The notes under the pieces were generated by a model that saw nothing but the letters and a program-made list of their open reading frames with translations, was not told the DNA's origin and made no database searches. A stretch of DNA of 64,000 nucleotides from Candidatus Magasanikiibacteriota bacterium (GTDB lineage Bacteria > Patescibacteriota > Patescibacteriia > Magasanikbacterales > GWA2-37-8): contig JACPGS010000007.1 of NCBI GenBank assembly GCA_016189025.1, positions 1,162 through 65,161 on the forward strand. Reading direction: 5' to 3'. This document shows positions 38,271-46,100 of the stretch, one piece after another. A program made the translations under genes and the position numbers. Position 1 is the stretch's first letter; each line of letters begins with the position of its first letter.

Positions 38271-38443
38271 AATTTAATTAAGTAATTATGGTGCCGGGTC
38301 AGCGGAAGGTTTCCGCCTTCTCCGGCGCACAAGTGATCAGGCAAGTCCGATATGGACTCTCGACCTTGCGGCGCTGATCAGATTGACAATTTTTCCCTCT
38401 CCCTGCTGTCCGGAAACATTCCGGACAGCAGGGAATAGAAAAA

Positions 38444-39769
38444 CTAACGGCTGACCGGATGGCGGTTGATAGCGGCGCCCGCCCCGCCCCCGACCGGCAA
38501 AGTAGTGGTGGGCAGAGTACTGGACATAGTGGTAACCGGCGCGACCGGCAAGGGCAGCGTAGTGGAAGCGCTGATCGCTTCTTTAACTACTGCTACTGCC
38601 GGCAATACCTCCTGAATCTTGCTGACCGCGGCGTCGCTGATACGCTCCGCCTGGGTGCCGGCGTCGGAAGCTTGCTTAAGCTTATCCACCGCTTGCGCTA
38701 AATCATCTTGCTTTAACCAGCTGGAGGCTTCGGTTACCTGTTTGGTCACTTCGGCCGTAGCAACCTCGTTCTGCAATACCGCTTTAATGGTTTGGTTGGC
38801 GACATCGGTGATTTTGTCTTTTAATTCGGTGGATTTAGTGGTGTCGCCTCCCGCAGTTTTAGTGCTACTTACCAGCTCTTTCGCCTCGCTTTGCGCGGTC
38901 TGCACCATGGTCTTTGCCCCGTCCACGCTCTGCTGGGTTGCCGCGGCGTCTTGCGCCACAGTCCGCAGGGTGGCAGTTAATTCCTGCTTGACCTCCTCTT
39001 TAGAAACACTCCGATCGCCGCCCAGGTGCTTGGCCACCATCGCTTCCGCCGCCTTTACTGCTACGTCCTTAACCAAATTCTTGGTGGTATTCACTTCCTG
39101 CGACAGAGCCTGATCAGCCGTATCGCGGCTAATCAATAAATTCTCTTTCACTTCTTGCAACACGGCCCTAATCTCTTCGGTATTCTGTTTAACATCTTTC
39201 ACGGCCTGGGCCGGCAGACCGTTAACCGGCCGCTGTTTGACCGCTTCCAGTTTATTTTCCACCGTGGTAATTTCACTGGTTAAATCGGCCATCGCTACCC
39301 GCACCTTGTCAGTTTTGGCGGGCGCCGTTTCCGAACGAACCAATTTTTTAGTTTCCACGGCGCGGCGTTTGGCAAATTCCATATGCAAACGGGTGGCCGC
39401 GTCTTTTTTTCCGATAATCGTCGCCACTGCCACCTGGGTTTTTTCCGCGGCGCGCTTCACCGGATAAAGGGCGTCGCCCGGCAGAGTTTCATAGGCCGCA
39501 TCCACCGCGCCGGCGCCGCTCGCCAGCACTGCCACCACTACTAACAGCACCAAAGCCGGGCGCAACACCTGGTACACCAAACTTTCCGGCAGATAATGGG
39601 ACAGGCGCGACCACAGATTTTCTAAAACATTAACCCGCTCCCGGGGCCTGGCCGGCAGCGTATTTTTAATCTGCGACAATAACAGGGCGCGGTTTTGCTG
39701 CACCCATTCCGCCCGGGGACTAGCTTCCCCCTGGCGCAGACGTTTAAGTTGTTCCACTATCTCGCGCAT
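38444..39769 (-). CDS. single-pass membrane protein with extracytoplasmic coiled-coil/Ala-Thr-Lys-rich domain; putative anti-sigma factor
   Basis: Cytoplasmic N-terminus, one TM (LVLLVVVAVLASGAGAV) and a long helical ectodomain. It lies directly downstream of the ECF sigma gene, separated only by a MITE. Confidence 0.35.
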   Translation of the reverse strand: MREIVEQLKRLRQGEASPRAEWVQQNRALLLSQIKNTLPARPRERVNVLENLWSRLSHYLPESLVYQVLRPALVLLVVVAVLASGAGAVDAAYETLPGDALYPVKRAAEKTQVAVATIIGKKDAATRLHMEFAKRRAVETKKLVRSETAPAKTDKVRVAMADLTSEITTVENKLEAVKQRPVNGLPAQAVKDVKQNTEEIRAVLQEVKENLLISRDTADQALSQEVNTTKNLVKDVAVKAAEAMVAKHLGGDRSVSKEEVKQELTATLRTVAQDAAATQQSVDGAKTMVQTAQSEAKELVSSTKTAGGDTTKSTELKDKITDVANQTIKAVLQNEVATAEVTKQVTEASSWLKQDDLAQAVDKLKQASDAGTQAERISDAAVSKIQEVLPAVAVVKEAISASTTLPLPVAPVTTMSSTLPTTTLPVGGGAGAAINRHPVSR

Positions 39770-39804
39770 AATTCCTTTTGCTTACTCTGATCATTACTAA
39801 ACTG

Positions 39805-39982
39805 AAATTGTTGCAGAAGAATCCAAACTATTTCACCTGATTCGCCTGGTCGCTGTCGCTATTGCTGGGACTGCCTGATTGGTCGCGGCAGACACTCTTT
39901 GGGTGCTCCCCCGATTTAATCGGGGTGCGCGCCCAAAGACACTCGTCTGCCGCTCCCTGATGCTAACTGGTTTCTTCAAATT
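39805..39982 (-). mobile_element. MITE-like repeat, family 1, copy E (reverse)
   Basis: TTGCAGAAGAAT...CCTGGTCGCTGTCGCTATTGCT...GGTCGCGGCAGACACTCTTTGGGTGCTCCCCCGATTTAATCGGGGTGCGCGCCCAAAGACACTCGTCTGCCGC... Confidence 0.85.
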
Positions 39983-39990
39983 ATCTCAAA

Positions 39991-40542
39991 CTAACCTAAT
40001 TTCTGCCGCAACCGTTTCAGCGCCCGGTGAATCATTACTCGCACCGTCAGGCCGCGCTTGCCGGTGATCTCGGCAATTTCCTCAATGCTTAATTCATCAA
40101 TATAGCGCAAGGTTATTACTTCCTGATATTCCTGCTTCAGCTGTTTCAGAGCATTGACGATAACGCCGGCGTCCAACGAAGTATGAAGCTCGGCATACCA
40201 CCGTCCCCCATCGCCCGGTTCAATCGCTTCACGCCGCGCTGCTAATGCTTCAATCTTTTGGCTGCCGGCCCGCTTCCGGTACCAGTCAATAATAGAGTTT
40301 CGCGCAATGCGATAGAGCAGGCCGCTGAAACTTTTGATGGCCTTGCCTTCCTGGAAGTACTGCCAGGCTTTCAAAAATACCTCCGAAGCAATATCTTCGG
40401 CCTCTTCGCGACTGCTCACCTTAAAAAAAACAAAGCGATAAATTTGCTGGATGTATTTATCGTAAAGAGCGGCGTAGGCTTCCGGATCCGCGGCGGTTTT
40501 TACCTGATACAATAGTTCCTGGTCTGAAGGCGTTTTAGACAT
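39991..40542 (-). CDS. ECF-type RNA polymerase sigma factor (sigma-70 regions 2 and 4)
   Basis: YDKYIQQIYRFVFFKV, DIASEVFLKAW, DELSIEEIAEITGKRGLTVRVMIHRALKRLR. Confidence 0.8.
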   Translation of the reverse strand: MSKTPSDQELLYQVKTAADPEAYAALYDKYIQQIYRFVFFKVSSREEAEDIASEVFLKAWQYFQEGKAIKSFSGLLYRIARNSIIDWYRKRAGSQKIEALAARREAIEPGDGGRWYAELHTSLDAGVIVNALKQLKQEYQEVITLRYIDELSIEEIAEITGKRGLTVRVMIHRALKRLRQKLG

Positions 40543-40677
40543 TATAGAAGACGGTTAAAAACAGAAAATGTTACACCCCCTGGTTGCAAAGGATAGCCAC
40601 TATCATAGCAAAATCAGCTGAAAATAGCAACCTTTAAACTACCGACTAGGCTGATTAGCAGGCTTAATAATAGGCCA

Positions 40678-40785
40678 AAATATCAATTTTCTTAAGCGGT
40701 CATCGCGGTCGCCTAAGGCGACCGACCGACCCCGACTAAGTCGGGGGAGGGGGTTTGACCGCGAAAAAATTGATATGTTTTAGCC
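40678..40785 (+). repeat. family-2 repeat, full copy with inverted termini AATATCAATTTT / AAAATTGATATG
   Basis: Nested hairpins GTCGCCTAAGGCGAC and CCCCGACTAAGTCGGGGG. Shares the GACCGC...AATTGATATRTTTTAGCC tail with 56508..56571. Confidence 0.65.
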
Positions 40786-40826
40786 TTATATATAGAGAGC
40801 GTTTTAATTAGCACTATTGATTCACT

Positions 40827-41006
40827 AAAATTTGTATAGACTAGTCTATACAAATTTTATCATTTTTGCCTAAAATTAGCAAAAACTCCTTAAACATTAC
40901 TTTTATATATTTGTATACAACAGTGTATACAAATTATTGATTAAAAATAACCCCTTGACAGCTTAGCCAATTTTTGCTAAAATTTGTATACACTAATGTA
41001 TACAAA
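40827..41006 (+). promoter_or_regulatory. three operator-like palindromes TTTGTATA(C/G)A-N4-T(G/C)TATACAAA plus a consensus sigma-70 promoter (TTGACA 40955..40960, N17, TAAAAT 40978..40983)
   Basis: Palindromes at 40827..40858 (perfect, 32 bp), 40909..40934 and 40981..41006. The last overlaps the -10/+1 region of the downstream HTH gene. Confidence 0.6.
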
Positions 41007-41009
41007 CTT

Positions 41010-41345
41010 ATGGCAATGACGAAAAATACTGAAGAAAAAAAGGAGATTATCCGTGTTTCTATCTCGGAAGCAGCCCGGCTGTTCGGCGTTAACAGCCAAA
41101 CTATCCGGCGCGCCATTAAAAATCAGGAAATTACTTATGTAGTAGTGTCCGGACGGTATAAACTTAATTTTGAAAGCCTGGTGCGCTGGTCGCAAATCCA
41201 TACTACCGTAAAGAACAAACTGGCGCATCGCGGCATTGGCCAGTTTGTGGATAAGTGGAAAATTAAAAATCCGCTGTATTCCCCCAATCCTAAATCAATT
41301 ACTCCAAAGTCTCCCGCCCCGCCAATTACTTCAGGGAACCTTTAA
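41010..41345 (+). CDS. small helix-turn-helix DNA-binding protein (excisionase/MerR-superfamily HTH_17-like)
   Basis: MAMTKNTEEKKEIIRVSISEAARLFGVNSQTIRRAIKN. The start is chosen downstream of the promoter. Context is AT-rich. Confidence 0.5.
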   Translation: MAMTKNTEEKKEIIRVSISEAARLFGVNSQTIRRAIKNQEITYVVVSGRYKLNFESLVRWSQIHTTVKNKLAHRGIGQFVDKWKIKNPLYSPNPKSITPKSPAPPITSGNL

Positions 41346-41400
41346 TCCTCCTCTCACCGGGAGGATTTTAGTTTGACCGCAATACTTAGCCTGCTATAAT

Positions 41401-41590
41401 GAAACTGCAGAAGAATATCAACTATTTCGTTATCTACCTGGTCGCTATCGCTATTGCTGGTAACTGCCTGGTTGGTCGCGGCAGACACTCTTTGGGTGCT
41501 CCTCCCGACTAAAGTCGGGACTGCGCGCCCAAAGATACTCGTCTGCCGCTCCCTAATGCTAACTGGTATTTTTAATTCTTCTACAGCCTC
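41401..41590 (-). mobile_element. MITE-like repeat, family 1, copy F (reverse)
   Basis: AAACTGCAGAAGAAT ... core with apical loop CCCGACTAAAGTCGGGA ... ATTCTTCTACAGCCTC. Confidence 0.85.
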
Positions 41591-41604
41591 ATAATACAAA
41601 AAGT

Positions 41605-43326
41605 ATGCGGGTAGGACTATTTTTACAGCAACATTACCGCCAGCGTTACCGCCCGGTCTTCCGCCATGCCCGGCAATTATTTATTTTTGACCTGGTTTTG
41701 CTGGCGGCGGCTCTTGCTTTAGGCGGGGCAACCCTATATTTTTTAATCTGGAAGCCAAACCCGGCTGATAAAATTCAACTTACCCTGGAATTAGCCGGCG
41801 GACGTATTCGGAGCGGCGATTTAATAAATTTCACGGTTAATTACCAAAATCAAAACCAGACTACTATTCGCGACGCTCGCCTCCGGCTGATGATGCCTGC
41901 CTCGTTCATTGCCGCCGCTACTGCTGACCAGGAAATTAATCTGGGAGATTTAGCGCCCCAGGCAAAGGCAAGCCTGGATTTCTCGGGCCGTCTGTGGGCT
42001 ACCCCCGGACTAACCGAACGCCTGACCGCCATCATCTCCTTTTCCCCTGATAAAAATACGGCGGAGAGAGTACAAAAAACCTCTTCCGTTGAGGTAAAGC
42101 TCCCGGCCAGCGCTTTAACCGCCACCCTGGATATTGCCAGCGCCACTTTCGGCGGGGTAGCGCTTCCCTTCACGGTCACTCTTACCAATAATACTGATGC
42201 TGTTTCGCCGCCGCTCCAATTATTAGTAACGCCGCGCCAGGAAACGCTAATTGCCGCCACCACCTTTGCTCCCTTGCCTCCCGGCCAGCCAAAGACTATC
42301 ACCGGCGCTTACTCTCCCGCCCGCGGCCCGGCCGCTAATATCCCTCTCACTCTTACCACCCAAGTAATAACCAAGGGAACAGCCGTCACCCAAAATATTC
42401 TCTCTCCCTCCCTTAAGCGTTTAGCCCCGGCGGTCTCCTTGACTATCCAGGTAAAAGAACGGCCGCCCCGGGCTGAAGCGGCCGGAGAACTGCCGCTGGA
42501 GGTTAGCTGGAAAAACTTAAGCCCTTATCGCTTACTAAAGAGCCGGCTGCTGCTGGCATTTTCGCCGCCCCTGGTAGATCTTAAAACCACGGCAATCAAT
42601 AACCGTCTGCCCACCGAAAACAACAAGCTCCTCTTCACTGCGGAAGAGAGGACTGTTTTGCAGCAGGTAAAACCAGGGGGAAGCGATCAATTTACTATTC
42701 CGCTTCAACTATTATCTACTTTCTCGGCCTTAAATCTTACTACTGCTACCTTTACTATTACGCCTGTTCTGCAGGCGACCTTGGCCGAGGTGCCCCAGGA
42801 AACTTTTGTCGCGACCGGCACTCCTTTAGCTATCCCGATTCTGACCGAACTGAAATTGTCCCCGGAGGTGCGCTATTATACGGATGAGGGCGACCAGCTG
42901 GGGCGCGGCCCCCTGCCGCCTCGGGTCGGCAAAACTACCAAGTACTGGATAATGGCGCGCCTGGCGAACACCGTTAGCCCGGTGTCAGAAGTAAAATTCC
43001 AGGCTGCGCTTGCTCCCAGCGTCACTTTTACCGGCCGCCAAAGCGTTACTTTGGGCGCCCCGTTTACTTACGATACAGCAACGCGGGTCGTTTCCTGGCA
43101 GCATCCAGAGCTTCCCCCGCAAAGCATAACCGGACTTTATTTTGAAGTAGCGCTTACTCCTACGCCGGAAATGGCAGGGAAAGCGCCAACCTTGGTAGAA
43201 ACTATCCGAATTAGGGGAAGCGACGCGGTGGTAAAACAAGAACTGCAGCAGGAGTTTCCTGCTCTGACTAATGAGCTTCCTCCCGCTGATCGCGGCAGAC
43301 GCGCCTCTCCGCTCGTCAACCTATAG
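41605..43326 (+). CDS. membrane-anchored repeat-domain extracytoplasmic protein (hypothetical)
   Basis: 573 aa with an N-terminal TM (LFIFDLVLLAAALALGGATLYFLIW). Thr/Leu/Pro-rich modules of about 90 aa follow. Confidence 0.4.
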   Translation: MRVGLFLQQHYRQRYRPVFRHARQLFIFDLVLLAAALALGGATLYFLIWKPNPADKIQLTLELAGGRIRSGDLINFTVNYQNQNQTTIRDARLRLMMPASFIAAATADQEINLGDLAPQAKASLDFSGRLWATPGLTERLTAIISFSPDKNTAERVQKTSSVEVKLPASALTATLDIASATFGGVALPFTVTLTNNTDAVSPPLQLLVTPRQETLIAATTFAPLPPGQPKTITGAYSPARGPAANIPLTLTTQVITKGTAVTQNILSPSLKRLAPAVSLTIQVKERPPRAEAAGELPLEVSWKNLSPYRLLKSRLLLAFSPPLVDLKTTAINNRLPTENNKLLFTAEERTVLQQVKPGGSDQFTIPLQLLSTFSALNLTTATFTITPVLQATLAEVPQETFVATGTPLAIPILTELKLSPEVRYYTDEGDQLGRGPLPPRVGKTTKYWIMARLANTVSPVSEVKFQAALAPSVTFTGRQSVTLGAPFTYDTATRVVSWQHPELPPQSITGLYFEVALTPTPEMAGKAPTLVETIRIRGSDAVVKQELQQEFPALTNELPPADRGRRASPLVNL

Positions 43327-43486
43327 TCCTCCACTGGATACGTTAGAAAACAGAAAACCGCCTCTTGACGGCAGAGACGGCCTCGGTGGACCTGACGGGA
43401 TTTGCACCCGTTTACCCGGGATATCAATCCGGGGTGTTAACTACATACACCACAGGCCCGCACAGGTCCAACGATAATTGTACAAC

Positions 43487-43516
43487 CAAAAAGTGCCCCT
43501 GACAAGGGCACTTTTT
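43487..43516. terminator. bidirectional rho-independent terminator between convergent genes
   Basis: aaaaAGTGCCCctgacaaGGGCACTtttt. Confidence 0.7.
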
Positions 43517-43650
43517 GTGATATCCCGGTTTATTGATGCCACCCGTAAGGTACGGATAACACCCCGAATTGCTTCAATTATACTATATTCAGGAATTTAG
43601 TCAACACTTGTTATCCACAGCTGCTCCAGAACATCGCTTAGACTCTAAAA

Positions 43651-44796
43651 CTACACCCTACGCTTCAGCTCATCTGCTTTATCAATTTTCTCCCAGGGGA
43701 ATTCGGCGCGGCCGAAGTGGCCGTACACGGCTGTGGCGCGGTAAAGGGGGCGCAATAAATCAAGAGATTCAATGATTTTGCCCGGCCGGAAATCAAACAC
43801 TTCGCCGACTACCGCCGTTAGCTTAGCGTCGGGAACTTTGCCGGTGCCGAAAGTATTAACGTGCAGGCTGGTGGGTTCGGCCCGGCCGATGACATAGGCC
43901 ACCTGCAGTTCGCAGCGCTCGGCGAGGCCGGCGGCGACGATATTTTTAGCCACATAACGGGCCATATAGGCGCCGGAGCGGTCTACTTTGGAAGGGTCTT
44001 TGCCGGAAAAGCAGCCCCCGCCATGGCGGCCCATGCCGCCGTAAGTATCAACGATAATTTTGCGCCCCGTTAGTCCAGTGTCGCCCTGGGGGCCGCCGAC
44101 TACAAAGCGGCCGGTCATGTTGATAAAAAATTGGGTTTCGTTATCCAGGTACCCGGCGCAAACCGGCTTGATCACTTGTTCGGTAATCTCGCGACGCAGC
44201 TGTTCCAGCTCCACTGTTTCGTGGTGCTGGGCCGCAATAATCACGTTGCGCACTCGTTTGGGCTTGCCGTCAACATACTCCACCGCTACCTGGGTTTTGC
44301 CGTCGGGACGCAAATAGGGCAGAGTGTCATTTTTTCGCACTACTGCCAGTTGTTCGGCTAAACGATGCGCCAGGGTAATCGGGAGCGGCATTAACTCCGG
44401 CGTCTCGGCGGTGGCATAGCCAAACATCAGCCCCTGGTCGCCGGCGCCCTGGCTCATTACCGTGGGACGATTCACTCCCTGGGCAATGTCCGGCGATTGT
44501 TCGTGGATAGAAACTAAAATGCCGGCGTGATCCGCGTCAATTCCGTAATCCGGATTGGTATAGCCAATATCAAACAGCACTCCCCGCGCCAGCTTCTGCA
44601 CGTCCACGTACCCCTTGGTGGTTACTTCGCCGCCGACGATTACCAGGCCGGTGGTGGTAAAACATTCCACGGCCACATGCGACTGGGGATCCTGCTCCAA
44701 AAGATTATCCAGCACCGCATCGGAAATCTGGTCGCAGATTTTATCCGGGTGCCCTTCGGTAACTGATTCGGAGGTAAAAAGATAATTATCAGACAT
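43651..44796 (-). CDS. metK: S-adenosylmethionine synthetase
   Basis: [41 protein letters not shown]. Confidence 0.9.
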   Translation of the reverse strand: MSDNYLFTSESVTEGHPDKICDQISDAVLDNLLEQDPQSHVAVECFTTTGLVIVGGEVTTKGYVDVQKLARGVLFDIGYTNPDYGIDADHAGILVSIHEQSPDIAQGVNRPTVMSQGAGDQGLMFGYATAETPELMPLPITLAHRLAEQLAVVRKNDTLPYLRPDGKTQVAVEYVDGKPKRVRNVIIAAQHHETVELEQLRREITEQVIKPVCAGYLDNETQFFINMTGRFVVGGPQGDTGLTGRKIIVDTYGGMGRHGGGCFSGKDPSKVDRSGAYMARYVAKNIVAAGLAERCELQVAYVIGRAEPTSLHVNTFGTGKVPDAKLTAVVGEVFDFRPGKIIESLDLLRPLYRATAVYGHFGRAEFPWEKIDKADELKRRV

Positions 44797-44869
44797 AAAA
44801 CAGATTCAAAATTCAGATTAGAAATAGTTTAGCAAACTGCTGGTAGATTTACAAGAGGGAATGGACTCC

Positions 44870-46072
44870 TTAGCGCCGAACCAGCGCCAGCAGCCGCCAC
44901 AGGGTAAAACCGCCGAAAATAAGGACTATCGGCACAATGGCGAGCGCTGGGCGACGCAGGGCAAAGGCTCCCGGGGAAACATCGCCGGCGCGGCGGGCGC
45001 GTTGATACACCAAAACCAGAGCCAAGGCTTCCAGGCCGACAAAAATGCCGCCTACTACCTCCAAAATCCCGATAAAGCTCCGGGCGCCTAAAGCATAAGC
45101 CAAGAGCGGCACCCCGCCGACTACCAAAAGCGCCCCGAGCCGGGGCAAACGCCAATCCCAGCGCAGGGAATCAATTACCGCGGTGCCAAGGGCCAAGGCC
45201 GCTCCGGCCATTGAAAGCGCCGGCAGCAAATTAAGCAGGCGGGCGAGTAAAGGCGACAGAACCCCACCCAGCCCGACCGTAGCTACCTCGGGGGTGGCGC
45301 CCCCTAAAACGCGGGCAGTGCTGACGGCAAATAATAAATATAAAACCAGCGGCAACAGGGTACCAAGCACCACGGCCTGGCGCAACCGACCGGGCTCCCC
45401 TGGAATTATCGCTTCAGCTTCGGCAATCGCCGGCGCCGCCCGCAGAGAAAAAACCGCCACGCCGTATAAAAGCAGCAGCGCCGAAAACGGCGCCGGGGAC
45501 GCGGGCAAAGACGGCGCCGCCGGACGGGTAAACAGTAACAGTGATAACCCCAATAACAGCGCCATCACCAGGCTGCTTAAAAATTTTTCCAGTCCCGCTA
45601 CTCGCCGCAGACCGCCGGAAAGACAAAGAACCACCAAAAACCAAAATCCCAGACTCCAAACGTGCGCCTTCCCACCCCAAATTGCCTGCAACACCTCACC
45701 TTCACCCACCAGATAAGCAAGCAATGCCCCCAGCGAGGTAACCAAGAAAGTTAACGAGAGTAGCCGTTTGGCCGCTACGCCGACATACTTGCCGCCTAAG
45801 CCCGGTAGCTGCAATGGTTCCCGGGTGCGCGCCACCACTTCGCCGAGCAACAGATGCAGGCCGAGTACGGCGATTCCCAGAATAATTAACGCCAAAGCGG
45901 CGCGGACCATTCCGAACCGCGCAAAGGCATAGGGAAGGCCGTAAACCCCGGCGCCAATGGCCGTGCCGGTTAACAAAAACACAGCGCGGGATAAGCTGCC
46001 GCGCGGCGCGGGATTACCAGATACAGCAGGGCGGCCGCCCAAGGCGGCCGCCCGAGTAATCGCAGCTGACAT
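44870..46072 (-). CDS. amino acid permease, aromatic/hydroxy amino acid (Trp/Tyr permease, HAAAP) family-like
   Basis: LLTGTAIGAGVYGLPYAF is an N-terminal signature. About 11 TM segments. Confidence 0.5.
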   Translation of the reverse strand: MSAAITRAAALGGRPAVSGNPAPRGSLSRAVFLLTGTAIGAGVYGLPYAFARFGMVRAALALIILGIAVLGLHLLLGEVVARTREPLQLPGLGGKYVGVAAKRLLSLTFLVTSLGALLAYLVGEGEVLQAIWGGKAHVWSLGFWFLVVLCLSGGLRRVAGLEKFLSSLVMALLLGLSLLLFTRPAAPSLPASPAPFSALLLLYGVAVFSLRAAPAIAEAEAIIPGEPGRLRQAVVLGTLLPLVLYLLFAVSTARVLGGATPEVATVGLGGVLSPLLARLLNLLPALSMAGAALALGTAVIDSLRWDWRLPRLGALLVVGGVPLLAYALGARSFIGILEVVGGIFVGLEALALVLVYQRARRAGDVSPGAFALRRPALAIVPIVLIFGGFTLWRLLALVRR

Positions 46073-46100
46073 GAACAGAGTGGAAAATTGATGCCGCCGG

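Noticed and set aside
38399-38431. Perfect 14-bp-stem hairpin CCCTGCTGTCCGGA-AACA-TCCGGACAGCAGGG between the anti-sigma-like gene and the surface-protein gene, as a terminator
   Set aside because: There is no U-tract on either strand after the stem. It may be a processing or regulatory hairpin, but it is not a canonical intrinsic terminator.
40543-40660. ECF-type promoter (GTAAC-N16-CGTCT) upstream of the ECF sigma gene
   Set aside because: The match to AAC-N16-CGT ECF consensus is weak and not unique, so it is not reported as a feature.
41354-41599. ORF 41354..41599, ORF 4158..4418 and the N-terminal 31 aa of track ORF 50045..52462 (MSAATNQVNFSNSDSDQADNN...)
   Set aside because: These translate MITE family-1 sequence. 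The recurring SNSDSDQ peptide comes from the AGCAATAGCGACAGCGACCAG box. They are not genuine coding sequence, and copA most likely starts at 52369.
43330-43480. GC-rich non-coding stretch between the 41605 gene and the bidirectional terminator as a possible SRP/tmRNA/RNase P RNA
   Set aside because: None of the conserved motifs of those RNAs is present. It could still be an unclassified sRNA, but the sequence alone does not support a call.
44797-44870. SAM riboswitch upstream of metK
   Set aside because: The metK leader is only about 70 nt and shows no S-box/SAM-II-like conserved helices.
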